Source: Mytilus edulis
Lineage: Eukaryota
Direction of reading: 5' to 3'
Length of the DNA: 64,000 bases
NCBI RefSeq assembly: GCF_963676685.1
Contig: NC_092344.1
Span: forward strand, 111,600,001 to 111,664,000
Shown: piece by piece, positions 38,172 to 51,611 of the stretch
How positions within the stretch are numbered: position 1 is the first letter of the stretch
Layout: the number at the start of each line of letters is the position of its first letter
Program-made: the position numbers and the translations under genes
Notes under the pieces: model-generated
The model's input: the letters and a program-made list of their open reading frames with translations, nothing else
Database searches by the model: none
What the model was told of the DNA's origin: nothing

Positions 38172-41100
38172 TCAATCCATTTCACGCATTCTTTCACGTT
38201 CTCCTTTTAATGTTTTATAACCTGTTGGAAGGAATTCAAACCTCGTTGATATTCGGTCCTTTGTTTCTGCGTTCACGTAAGTGCCTATCATTTCGGTGCC
38301 AGCAATTTCAAGCTCTACCCATCCAAAGGCATACACAGGCCATATTCCATTAGGGGGGTCGATATGAATTTTTGCATGTAAGTTGCATCCTTCGTCTGTA
38401 ACATACATCGGCTTTTTGTCATCAGAAATATAAATTTCAACAGCAAAAGGTTCCGTTCTTTTAGTTTTGGAATCTTCACTTTCAAAAGTATTATTAATCT
38501 CAATCATACCTATATCCCCCACATGAACGTCTTGACCTTCAACAAAACAAACATGAAAAATGTGTTTACACCAGTCTTCATTATCCCATCTATAATATTT
38601 TCCCCTTCGGTGCTCTCCTTCCTTGAAAGGACGGCTTATGCTGACGCCATACGTATAATTACACACTCTAGATGTTACTATAGAAGAATCATGACCATAA
38701 ATTACAGCCCCCTTTAACACAGATAATCCACCTTCAACTGGAATGAAAACCTCTAATTCTAACGCGTCTTTAATAGCTTTCTGTAACATCGGACATTCTG
38801 AAAACCCCCCAACTAACATAACAGCTGATACGTCACGACATCTGTCATGCTTCAAAATATCTTTAATTTCTTTAATTGTCATTGAAATGGATTCACTGTA
38901 AAACGATTGAAATAGTTCTCGATCGATGAATAGTTTGTCTCTTTTCACCCTAAGTTTACCACTGAAGCGAGAATTTTCTATTATGTTTGAAATACTGCAA
39001 CCCGTCTTCGATTCTAAAAGCTCTGCTAAGTTTGCTGGAAATCTAGTTGATATATCAGAGTTTTCATTTCCTTTGAAGGATTTCTTTGCCGTTTCAAAGC
39101 ACCTCATCATTTCATTATAATCTAATCCCTGTGTTTGTTTAAATTCCATGAATACATCTCCTCCTAGCAGTTTCTTTAGTAATTTCCGATACTCTTGGTT
39201 GACCCATTCACCACCCCACGAACCTCCACATATTTTATGTATTATTTTCAAGTGACCATCAGGTAAAACTTCTTGGGCAGATATGTCAACAGTACCACCT
39301 ACAAAAAAGTTATATGGTTATTGTATCCCTTACAATTACTTTTGTAATTGATACGTCAAATGCACTAGGTATAAGTCAAAAATATGTTAACTATAGAACT
39401 ATTAAACCTACAAATAGGTGACATGTCAACTGTACTACCTACTCAAAAATGACATGTAAATAGAACAAACATCAATAGATTGATATGCTAAAAAAATCAT
39501 CTTAGGATTCACTTATTCTCAAAACGTTAATTGGATACGCTCGTTTGGTTATGTTGACAAAAACATAGATGTGGGTATCAGAAATGCTTGAACGATTTGC
39601 CGTCGGTAAATTTTCATATAAAGAAATAAGTATAATAATAACTGTATACTGCACTAGACGTAATATTCTGTGTACATATTTTCTAGCTTTACCGAGACCA
39701 TACCGGGAGGGTCATTTAGAAATCTAAGCTTATCGTAGAGATTTGTCCAAATGCGATCCAAAACAAATACGGTGCAATAAAACTTCATCTTTATTCCTTT
39801 ATATTTTGATTTTTTTTAGCATAACAGTGCAACAAAAAAACATTGAACAAATTAATAGGTTATTTTTGATTTTTAATGCTTGGTTTTGCTTTGTACTTTT
39901 CACGATATTTAGCTATTTTCATGATAGTTGTTGTTTGAAGAGCGCATATTAAATAATAATATTACCCCCAGCATCAACTACCATAACCTTTCTGCCAGGA
40001 TCAAACGATCTTAGTATAGTTGTTTGATTTTCTCCTACAAATTTTTCTACAGGTATGAGACGCATATATATTGATGCTGCCTCAGGCTCATACACAATGC
40101 AGAATTTATCACCTGTAATTCCTGCCTGAAAGAAAATGAACGTCGAGTGTGTTATTATTTGCAATACACAACTAAAATTACATATATTTTGTCAATGTTC
40201 AGATGACGTTCAACGTGCTATAGTCGCATAAAAAATGCAAACACTAGTAATCGCTCAAAAGAATACCACTTACTTCAGATGACTCTAGGGTTCGTCACAG
40301 AGGTTTTTTGATTAATGAACAATAACGTTTCACATATTTAGTTCTCTGGACAAAAGGCTGTTTTAAAAACTAAACTCATTGAAACCGTATTCATGTAAAC
40401 TCCAATTTAACCCCTTATCTAAAAATGGGCTACGAATGAATCGGGCGTGTAAATGGAAGAATGTCAACATTGAAAGCGAAACAAGGACCGATTCGATCAA
40501 CAAAAAACTGCTGTGGATTCATTATTATTCATTTGATATAAACTTTCTTGGATTTCGTGGTTACAGGTCAACCACGAGTTTAAATGTTCAACGAATTACA
40601 AATTTTCAATAAGGTTTTTATGCAGATTTGGGCAAATCCACAAAATTGAATGTTCATGAAAATACCACCTTTCATCAATCCACGAAAATTGGTACTTACG
40701 AAAATAAATAAATCCACAGTAATCCCGATGCAGGTAGAAACGAAAATTAATAAATATATTTTAACCTATTAATATGAAATCAAATAGACATAGAAAAATC
40801 AAATTGCACGAGTTCGCTATTTATTTATATGCATGTTTATGTTAATATCGGGTTATATAACCATCTGAAATTCTTCGGTGGTCACCATGATGGTTCTAGA
40901 ATAAAATACACACGAAATGTTAATACATATCATCGAGCATATGCACTGTAAATTATATATTTTAGACATTTTATGAATTGGATATACGTTTTAGTATGTT
41001 ATAAAAAAAACATAAGAATTTGAGTCAAATCAATGAACATGAATTTGACAGCTAGTGTCCCTTTAATACTGTTCCCCATGATTTTTTTATATATAAAAAA

Positions 41101-42183
41101 AAGGATGCATGGGTGTATCATGTCTGTACTTATTTCTGATATTCTGAAAACTTATATGCAATATAAGTCTATCTTTGTATAAATCTCATAAATCCATTAC
41201 GAATATTAGGAAGGTAAAATATAAAAACTGAAGGAATATAAAAGGAGCAAAACCAGAGATGTCGACTAGATACGCTACGAGGAATGGTATTTTATCTGCC
41301 AAATCATTTTTTTTTCTAAATAATGTTGTATGTTCTTGTACTTTTTTCATTGTTTTGTTTGTTCTTACCCCTTCAGCAGCTTCTCTCATGAATTGTTTAC
41401 ATGCATCATTCCAAATAGCTGGGACCGTAATTACCCATTTAATCAGATCATTATTAACACCAAGGTTCCTTTCCTTAAACTGGTCAAGCAGATGTTTTTT
41501 TAGGAATTTAATTGCTAATCTAAATACTCTTTTGGCTGAAACTTTTTTACCATTCATTTCCTCCATTTTAAAATCATCTCGAATATCCTGTAAAGAATAA
41601 AATAACAACTATCATAACACAAAAAGTTAACCTTTTTGAATGGTTTTGTTTTATCTATTCTTCTCTTTTGAATGGATTGATATACATTTTGTAATTTTAT
41701 ACGTATAGGGAATTTAAACCGTCTTATATCTACCGACTCGTTCTAGTGTTTATTGATAAGTCATTTGGAACTTGTGATTTGTTAGATATCAAACTTGTAA
41801 TGTAATAACAATATCTACTCATTTAACCTTAGTGTGCAATGTATAAGAAAAAGAAGTACCTGTCCTAAAACAACGGCTTCATACAGTTTCATTTTAAACT
41901 CTTTTAAGTAGTACCATGAATTCTGTTCATTCTTTTCACAAATAGTTGAGTACTGGTCTTCAGCATCGTGACCAAAGGCAACAAATTTCTTCTTTGAGTT
42001 TAGAAGAATAGAGGAAGGTGCTTTGTAGGTAGCATCTCCTCCACTCTCTGATGACCAGTAGGGGGTGCTAATGTTTATAGGGTTGGTTGCAAACTCATAG
42101 CGAAAAGAGAATGCATATCCCGAACCATGACTTCCAAAATCTATTGCTACTACTACAAATACGGGATCATTTACAGTCGCCAT
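38172..42183 (-). CDS. HSPA12: HSPA12-like protein C (609 aa); exons 42183-41860, 41587-41369, 40125-39966, 39298-38172; probable 5'UTR intron 42353-42189
   Basis: The spliced frame is open with GT-AG introns. Motifs IDFGSHGSGYAFS, WVITVPAIW, YEPEAAS, VDAGGGTVD and LVGGFSEC. Confidence 0.93.
40511..40719. mobile_element. Tc1/mariner-type MITE, followed by a partial Kolobok-like element ending at about 41062
   Basis: CTGTGGATTCATT...AATCCACAG-TA. The downstream element ends GCTAGTGTCCCT-TTAA. Confidence 0.65.
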
Positions 42184-45144
42184 ACTTTCTGAAAAGAAAT
42201 TAAATGTGGCAACGTTAATATGGAAAAAAAATTGTCTAAAAGCAAAATGTATATAAACAAAATGTGATTGAACATATAATTATTTGAGTATAAGTATTTT
42301 TAAATTGGTTTTTTAAAAATATAATTCAATAAATGTTTCATCAAAAGACTTACCTGGAAGAAATATTCAATCAATCGTTGGTCTGTAAAAACCAATGATT
42401 ATCGATCTGTTGACAAGGAAGAAGTATACAAACCAATTCTGCTACGGATCAGGTTCATGGTAGGCCTTATATTTAAATTCTTACTATTTGAAGTTTTATT
42501 TTCTTTCGGTTGACCCTTTTAATTGATTTTTAGATAATAATGTAGGTACTCGATTAGTAATCAAATAAAGAATTTTAGACTTCAGTGATACATTATCAAT
42601 CTATAATATTGTAGAGTAGACAAACATCCTAAATCGAAAATTAAATAAAAAACAGACGACAAGATATCGACAAGTTCATGGCAAAGTCCAGAAGACTAAT
42701 ATCAACAAAACCCTCCACGAAAAATTAAAGGTAGAGCAAAAAAACGAGGCAAATAAACCCTCATTTGACCTAAGGTGATCAGATTCTTCTTTGCTAGTAA
42801 TGCAATACTGTAAAAAGTAAAATCACAAAAATACTGAACTCCATGGAAAATTCAAAAAGGGAAGTCCCTATTCAAATGGCTCAAACATATTAAATGAATG
42901 GATAACACATATTCCTGACTTGGTAAAGGCCTTGACTGACTCATTACCGTTAAGATGGCATCATGCAGTATTAGTTCGACCAATGTCTTTTTTTTTTCTT
43001 ATTTTAAATCTGAAGACATTGGCAAAAATTATAAACCATTGGTACCTCTAAATTCTCTAATAACTAACCTGGTGTTAAGCAAAGTATGTACTGTATATCT
43101 ATAGCTATGATATAGGAAAGCTGAAAGTGTTACATATAAAAAAATACAGACATTTGAAAATAGAATATTACAAAAAAAAATACATAGACATAAAAACAAA
43201 AGCATCACAAACCTCTCAAGAAACTAGAACGCATGCGCTGCTCCACCAGTAGCACTATTTGTGTTGCTTAATTTATGTAAAACTCAGGTTAAATGATATC
43301 GCTGCAACTCAACTATCGATTATTTTGATTCCTTGTAAACAGAAATATTGTAACAAAGAAAATTGTAATGCACACGGCAAGTCTTGAAATCAACTTGGTT
43401 ATATAGTCTCATCCAAGTGATATCAAAAGGTTGCTTCGTAAAAATAGAAAGCTCACAGTTAGAAAGCTGGAATCATAACTTTGTAGTGAAACTTAAATGT
43501 AAAAAAAGTTTGAAATTATGTTAGATGTACGTTCAACTACAATGATTCTGTTGTTAGCATCTTTGTCATTTATTGTTGACATTCCCTTTTGTGAAAATAC
43601 TTTGGAATTCATTATTTTGCTAATTTCTTCTTGTATAAGATGTATCCTGTATTTGAAATTCAATGGAATAATGCAACAAGCCATAATTACCAAACTTGGA
43701 AACATTCAGTGATAGGAAATGGTCTTTTCAGGAGAATGTGGGATTACAGGATGATGTTATTTTCCCTTATATCAAGCTACGTTAGAACTGTCGTGCATTT
43801 AACTATAGCTGCTTCAACTTTCATTTTTCTTTCATTTTGAAAAAATACGGATCATGTACTCTAGAAAGCACATTAGAAAATACTATAATAAGTATGTAAT
43901 TCATAAAAGCAAATCTGACGAATCGAAATAAGTGCGTTTCTAATTGTTCAAAAATAACATGATCACATAAAGCTTAAATTGTAATACATAGTAATTGTTT
44001 TACTCTTATATTTCAGCACTTTATGTACATAAATTAGAAGCGATTTGGTCGTTCGCGGTAGGTCTTCTTATAAACACATGTAAGTATCTTCTAAGAATTA
44101 GACAAAGGTTTGGATCGCCCATTCTACCTGCATGCTCATGATTTATCTCAAAAGCACAAAATATTTGTACGTTTGTTTTATCACAAAACATGTTGTTAAC
44201 AAATATATTCATGATTTAGATCAACAACTACCACAATTTACGATAATTTCGATCTTCAGATCAATATGAAAAAAAAAAGAAAAAAAACCCCAATCCAAAT
44301 GAACTAAAAGAAACTTAAAAAAGAAAAAGAAAAAAAAAAAGAAATCGTATAATATCTAGTACACATGAAATTGAGAGAACATCGCGATAACATCTTTTCC
44401 CATTTGATTGGTTACTTGTTTAACGTCCAATGGCAGATAATCATGCATATTCATAATCAGAATTATACAATAGGTAGGGTTTTACAGGGTAGGTTGATCG
44501 AGATGAAAAGCGGGAAATTTGAACTGCCACTGAAAATGAGGGCATGTTGGAATCTTTGCCTTTCAATTACCTAACTACTAATTCATCATTTAGTTGATTG
44601 TATCTCGTGTAAAAAATGTTACACTCTTCCTACACATGCATTGGATTTAAAGTTCCTGTATATGAACCTGGCGTGGAACCAAACACATACAATCCTCAAA
44701 GCCAAATGGACGTCCCACTCATTATAGACTGGAGATGAATACTAAGATAAAGGACAACAAAGATATGCTCTTTAAATTCTGTTTTTTTTTAAATAAAATG
44801 TTGTTGAATTGATACAAATCCCATTGTTCAAATTAACCTCCGAATCTGGCAACATCTATAAAACGTTATAAGGACAAATTTCGGTTATTATGATCTAAGT
44901 GCGGGATACGTAGTAGTTATATATGTATAATAACCTTGTCTATCATATTTGTTTTACTTACAAACTTGGAATGTTAATATTCTTGAATGCACTATAAATT
45001 TTGAAATTCAATTCTCTATTATTTTGATGACACATAGAACTAACATTGAAAAGGTGATGTTAACGTCGATAATTAAACATCACTTCAACAAAGAACAAAC
45101 ATTAATAAAGTACTCTTAATGCCATTCTAAATCTGTTTCAGGTC

Positions 45145-48100
45145 ATGGCTGTCCCCCAAGATTCTACTTTGGTTGTTGCTATAGACATAGGAACAACCTA
45201 CAGTGGATACGCCTTTTCTTTTGGTCATCAATATAAATCCAAACCATTAAATATAACGTCCCATAGCTGGCCAGATGGACCGTCATACAAAACGCCCACG
45301 TGTGTTCTTCTAGACTCAGAGAAGACGTTCCATTCCTTTGGACGCGAAGCTGAAAACAAATATATTAGTCTTGCAGAAAATGAGGAACATGAGGATTGGT
45401 ATTTTGTTACAAGGTTCAAGATGTTATTGATGGAAAAAGAGGTAAATTGTTCTAAAAATAAAGTAACATTAAAATAGCAATTCCGCTAATATATGATTTC
45501 ATTTCATTGTTGATTTTGATTCGGTATCGTTAAAAAGCTACGTTGATATATGACGCACTTTATCTATATTTATGGAGTCGTATTTACAGAATATTGAGAC
45601 TATTTTTCTATCTTTACAACGGGAGGTTTTTGAAACCAAAATAGTTATAAATAGAAGATGTGGTATGATTGCCATTGAGACAACTCTCCACTAGAGACCA
45701 AAATGACACAGCAATTAGCAACTTTAGATCACCGTACGGGCTTCAACAATGAACAAAGCCCAAACCGCATAGTCAGCTATAAAAGGGCCCGAAATAACAA
45801 AATAGACAAAATAGCTAGTTTGTTTGTCAATTTCTTCATTCGTCAGTATACACTCGTTTTGTTATTTTTTTCCAATAAGTCAACTCATATTCATCATCTT
45901 AAATTTGGTTAAACAATTTTAACTTATGTTTCTTCCAGGATTGTAAAAATTCTGACTACATGTATATACTAAAAGAACAAATTTTTTTTTTCAGGAATTG
46001 GATGAAAATACTTTAGTTGAAGACATGGATAAGAAACCTATATCAGCTTTGCTTGTTTTCACCGAAGCTATCAAATACTTGAAGAACCATTTACTGAACG
46101 ACCTTAAAAAACGTAACTTAGACGTCCCCGATAACCAAATAAAATGGGTACTTACAGTTCCCGCTATCTGGTCAGATCCGGCAAAGCAATTTATGAGAAC
46201 AGCTGCTGAACGGGTAGGATTTTTTTCAAGAGAATACTTTGAACTGATTGTTAATGATATTTATTTTATCGAGTTTGCAATACTCCACTTTTAATTTTGA
46301 TATATCTGTTTGTTTTCATAGTGATAAAGATTATAACACAATGTTGATTGCTGTACTCCTATTTTTGACATTTTGACATTTTTTAAATGTCTGGTTTTTT
46401 TTGTTCACACATCGTGTCAATATAATGGAATTTGATGCAAATGTCATACAAGTGAAAAGTTGAGCTAGGTTTAAAACCAGCTTTCATTTTCTATATATGA
46501 ATATGCTTGTACCAAGTCAAGAATATGACAGTTGCTATCCATTCGTTTGATAGCTTTGAGCTTTTGGTTTTGTCATTTGATTAGGTACTTTAGTATGGAT
46601 TACACTTTTATTTTTACACTGTTCACTATGTTTTGTTGAGGTTTTATGATAATATAAACATATAGACTTTGATTTGTACATTTGAAACTAATATTTTCAA
46701 CAATTATAGCATTTCCATCTGTAATGTGCCTTGACAATTCTTCCAACATTTTTCGACATAACATTATGCCAGAAACACTTCTACTCAAATTGAGCATACA
46801 ATTGTAATCTTGATCTTTGTAGGCCAATATACCTCATTCATCGTTAACTCTCGCATATGAACCAGAAGCTGCAGCATTGTACTGTAGACTCTTGCCAATA
46901 GACACCATGAAAGTCGCAGGAGGGACTAACTACTTATCTTGCTTTGAACCTGGAAAAAAGATAATTATTGTTGACTTGGGAGGTAAAACATCTTTTTCTA
47001 TAAAATGTTTTAATTTTACAGTTGTTAAATTCTAAGGTTGTTGCTCTCTGATAGACAGTTTTCTCAATGGCAATCATACTACAGCTATTTATTTGTATTA
47101 GAAATATCATCCAAAATTTTGTCATTTTTTTCCCGTTTTATAATTCTAGTGGCATATGTCCTTATTCACTATACCAATTTGTAATCAGAAGACCACATTT
47201 TGTACTGTTTTAAATTTACAAGAAATCAGGTTGTTCAGGTATAATATATTAACATTTAAATCTAAGAATTAGTTTTGTACAATTATGTTCAATATAGAAA
47301 ATGAAATGGTATCTCGTTACAGGTGGAACCGCTGATATATCAATCAATGAAGTAACAAAAGAACACAACTTGAAAACTATTGACAGAGCCACCGGAGGAG
47401 ACTGGGGAGGAACTAATATAGATAAAAAATACTTGAAATTTTTAGAAGAGGTCCTTGGGAATAATATTATGGAGGAAATTAGGAGAGATTATAGAAGTGA
47501 TTTGTTAGAAATTCAACAGGATTTCGAAGAACAGAAACGTAAAGTAACGCCCGATCGCGATCATGATGTCGTTATCCGTATGCCTGGTGGGGTAATGGAA
47601 ATTATTCGGAACAAAAAGCAAAAGCTGGCCGATATTGTGGAGTCATCTGAACATTCCGGTACGGTGTCAGTGAAGGAAAATCAGAGAGACAGGCTACATA
47701 TTAAAGCTCGTATCTTTATTAGCTTCTTTAAGGAAACTACTCAGCACATTATATCTCATTTACAGCAGGTTCTAGACAGCAGACATTTAGGACATATACC
47801 ACCTGCTATGGTGATGGTTGGAGGATTTTCAGAATCAGTGATAGTCACAGATGCTATTCGAAACCACGAATCTTTTCAAAATATTAAGGTTATTATTCCT
47901 ACTGAGGCAAGACTTGCTGTACTGAAAGGAGCCGTTTTATTCGGACATAATCCAACTGTGGTGATATCAAGAATGGCGAAATATTCTTATGGCATTCGAT
48001 CATATAGAACTTTCAAAAAAGGCGACCCGGTTGAGAAGAGACTCAAAGAAGAGGGAAAAGAGTGGTGCAGAGATTATTTCAAAAAATTATTCACAATTAA

Positions 48101-48449
48101 TCAAGAAGTGACAGTTGGTGAAAGAAGTGCAGTCACAATCAAAGATTCATACAAAGATAAAAATAGACAGGCGAAACGAACAATGAAACATACACTCGAT
48201 CTGTACTTCACAACCGAGAAGGATCCCAATTTTATTGATGAAAAAGGCTGTATGAAATTAGGACAAGTTCAAATTCCACCACCAGATGGCAAAGAATGGC
48301 CAATGGAATGGACAGGTGATTTTGAACTCGAAATTGGTGGTACAGAAATTATTGGCCATTTTAAGGACAGAAATTCGGGGAAAACAGTCATAGCTTCATT
48401 TAATGCGTTCGGAGTACCATTCCATTACAATACACCAAAAGCTATGTGA
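45145..48449 (+). CDS. HSPA12: HSPA12-like protein D (600 aa); exons 45145-45441, 45995-46213, 46823-46982, 47323-48449
   Basis: The spliced frame is open with GT-AG introns. Motifs IDIGTTYSGYAFS, WVLTVPAIW, YEPEAAA, VDLGGGTAD, MVGGFSES and VLKGAVLFG. Confidence 0.94.
46300..46600 (+). mobile_element. Degenerate PLE tail with a decayed twister (46442-46530) in intron 2 of gene D
   Basis: P5 TGTCATA/TATGACA, P4/L4 CTTG-TACCAAGT-CAAG. The UAA/P2 segment is missing. Confidence 0.6.
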
Positions 48450-50802
48450 TGATTGCTATTGACACAAACCTTTTTTTGTGCTAGAATATTGATATTCAAT
48501 TTTGTTTTCTGTGAAATTGACATGCTATGCTGATAAAAATTTAGAAAGTTGAGATGTTTTATTGAATAAGGATATAAAAAGTAGGTTTATTCACAATTTA
48601 TGAGGGTCTGAATATTGTTTATTATAAAGAGACTGATGTACTAATACTACATAAAAAAGAGACCCAAAAAATAAAGAAGAAAAAATAGACAATGACTAGA
48701 GAATAATATGGGCGCTTAAATACAAACAACGGAAAATGATTGGCACAATTTATATAGAATCGAGATAAACAGCTTAAAAATTAATACAGCAAAGAGAATG
48801 GAAGGACCCCATCCATATTCTCTTTGATATATGCTTTGTGGTATGATTTTCGTGTATGAAATACAAATAAAAAAATCCTTTAGGTGGTCTTACAAACATT
48901 AGTCAAATTTTATAGTTTGTATATTTCTAATTGCGTTTTAGATAAAACACCCTAAACTAAATTTACATTGTGTAACGAATGCTGTTCAAATGTGTTTTTA
49001 TACATGTAAGCAAGTGAACAACCCTTTCTAAATTCTAAGTAGAAAGAACAAACTAATATTAAATTTTTAAATGAACATTCATTAAATGCTGATGCAATAT
49101 CAGTACGAGCTACCATATCACATATCTACATATACGGTTCTTAATATTTTTCTTCGACTTGTGATTTTTTAGTGTTCTTTTTTTGTCTTCTGTCCATTTT
49201 CTAGGCACAAACATAGGCAATCACGATCAATTGTAAAAACAAAGTATAAACACTTGTATTGGAGTTGCATGCTGTACAGGATTTAAATACAGTTAAAAAG
49301 CCTTTGGTATCACTTCAGTTTTGCGAAGCTCATATTCCTAAAAGTTGAATCATCAGTGATGTCTTCCAATTATACGTGTGCGCGCATTTTTATTAATTTT
49401 GGGTGAAGGTGGGAACAAGGATGAGGTTCATCATTTCTGAGATGTTGAATGCTGTAAATAACTCCAACAGTTTTTACATAAAATATGTAGATTGGAAAAG
49501 CTTGAATGTATTATCCGTATCCGCTTACCATGAAAAGAAGTATAACTCTATTGTAAACTAAATGACTAAAATTTCATACAAAGTTTTGTTTACAATGTTT
49601 GCAATAGTGTGTAAATATTTGTTTGAATGTATTAAGCTTTGAAGTATCTTTTAAATCGGAGTAAAAGCATTGTTCGATAAATGGAATATATTTTTTTTTC
49701 ATTGTCAACCACTTATAGCATCATGTAGCTTATCCACCCATTGCATTTAGATACTCCGAAAAGTTAAATTATCGATAATAATTTTTTTAAAAGTGCATTG
49801 ATACGCCAACTTTTCAATACTTAGAACATAAAAATGATGATGAGTTTAAATGTGTGTACCATAAAATGCGGTATTGTCAGCGTTGTTAGTAGAGTTATGT
49901 ATAACACTATCTTCGAATGGTTTTATTTCATGTCATTTTGGTTCAATTGTCTGATGATTTCCATACTTTGGTGTCAAGTCAAAAAATTAACCAAATATTT
50001 GCTTTAGAATAATTTTGGTTTGGAACTCGTCCATTGGAATACTGAAATTGTTTGAACGTATTCATTTATCACGCATTCTGGCCTTTTCGCATTTGAATTA
50101 CTCTTTCAATATTCGGGCGTAAATTCGTTCTACGATACATATATTATGCTTAGTGTTTGCTTACCAGAATTTATTTCCACAATAGCTTCAGTAGTTCTTT
50201 TTCTATTTTTTGTAGCTTTTGGAGGATACCAAGTGATCAAATATTTATACCAGTTTCTTTTTTTTTTAAAGTACCAAACCCATGAATTATGGGCTGTATA
50301 TGGGATATAAAAATACTCAACAACGTTAAAACCAAATCCTGGCGTAGGGAAATTGCCATTCATCGTGCTCTTTTATGAGCCCTTGCAAAAAGTACGAGTA
50401 CTTCGTCAGTGAGCTTTGATAATCAAAAGTTTGCCCCTATACAAAGAACCATAATTAATCATTCATCAAATAGGACCATTTTTACTGTCTTTGATATGTT
50501 AGGTCATACAAATCATTGACAAATACTCTATCATGTTAGTCGACTTGTTTCAATTTCTACAAGTCTTTTCATACATACAACGTTTTGATTAATTTCATCA
50601 GAAGTTATTTCATAACACCAGGAGATATGAGAAATACTAGTCACCAGCTCCATTTCCTCATTAATTCACCTTTCACATTTATATATCGATATAAGTAAAT
50701 ATAAATATATTTTTTTGATATATCAGTTTTGTAACAACACCGTCATTACAAAGTCGTCATAAATAGTATGAGAATAGCAAAAATGTTAGTATCCACAGGC
50801 TG

Positions 50803-51611
50803 TACAATGGAGATGACTCTCTCTCATCAAATTTGTCAGAATCTGTCAGGAGAACTGTTTTAGAATACTAGTAGTATGTATAACTGTCATCCTGACACCT
50901 TTTAGACCTTTTAACCTAGAACTGATTTGGTCAGTTTTACCTATAACTGATCCTGACAGGTCTACCTAGAACTCATCCTGACAGTTCTACCCTAGAACAG
51001 TTTTAGACAGTTCTACATAGAACTGATCTTCACAGTTCTACCCTAGAACAATTTTTGACAGTTCTACCTAGAACTGACCAAATCTTTGGTAAGTTCTACG
51101 ATTATAACTGATTTGGTCAGTTCTACGACTTGAATTGATTTAGTCACTTCTATCCATAGAACAGTTTTAAGAACTCTTTGTCTTAAATATAAATAAGTCA
51201 AAAGAATATATATAATATATATAAAAAATGAATGGTAACTAGTGATTTGCCCTAACTGCAGTAACGTCATTTAGAACTGTTCTACAATATTGACAGGTTT
51301 GGTCAGTTCTACGGCTAGAACAGTTTTTGGCAGTTCTGCTGACTTTTCCACGGTTAGAGCTGATTTAATCAATTATGCTGACAGTTTTACCTTGAACTGA
51401 TTTGGTCAGTTCTACCTAGAACTGATTTGTTCAGTTCGACCTAGAACTGATTTTGATAGTTCTACCTAGAACTGATTTTTTCAGTTCTACCAAGAACTGA
51501 TTTTGACAGTTCTACCTTTCTTGGTAGAACTGGTCTAGGACAGTTTAAAATAGTTCTATGACAGATTATTCTAACAGTTATAATGAGAGGTTATAAGTGA
51601 TCTCCTCTATA
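50803..51611. repeat. Foldback-like element with an internal array of about 25-bp self-complementary units
   Basis: Units CTAGAACTGATTTTGACAGTTCTAC. Imperfect TIRs GGAGATGACT..CTCTCAT / ATGAGAG..AGTGATCTCC. Confidence 0.65.

Noticed and set aside
50900-51530. CRISPR-like array (also 10660-10910 and 16400-16560)
   Set aside because: These are degenerate tandem units without unique spacers, inside TIR elements in a eukaryotic context.
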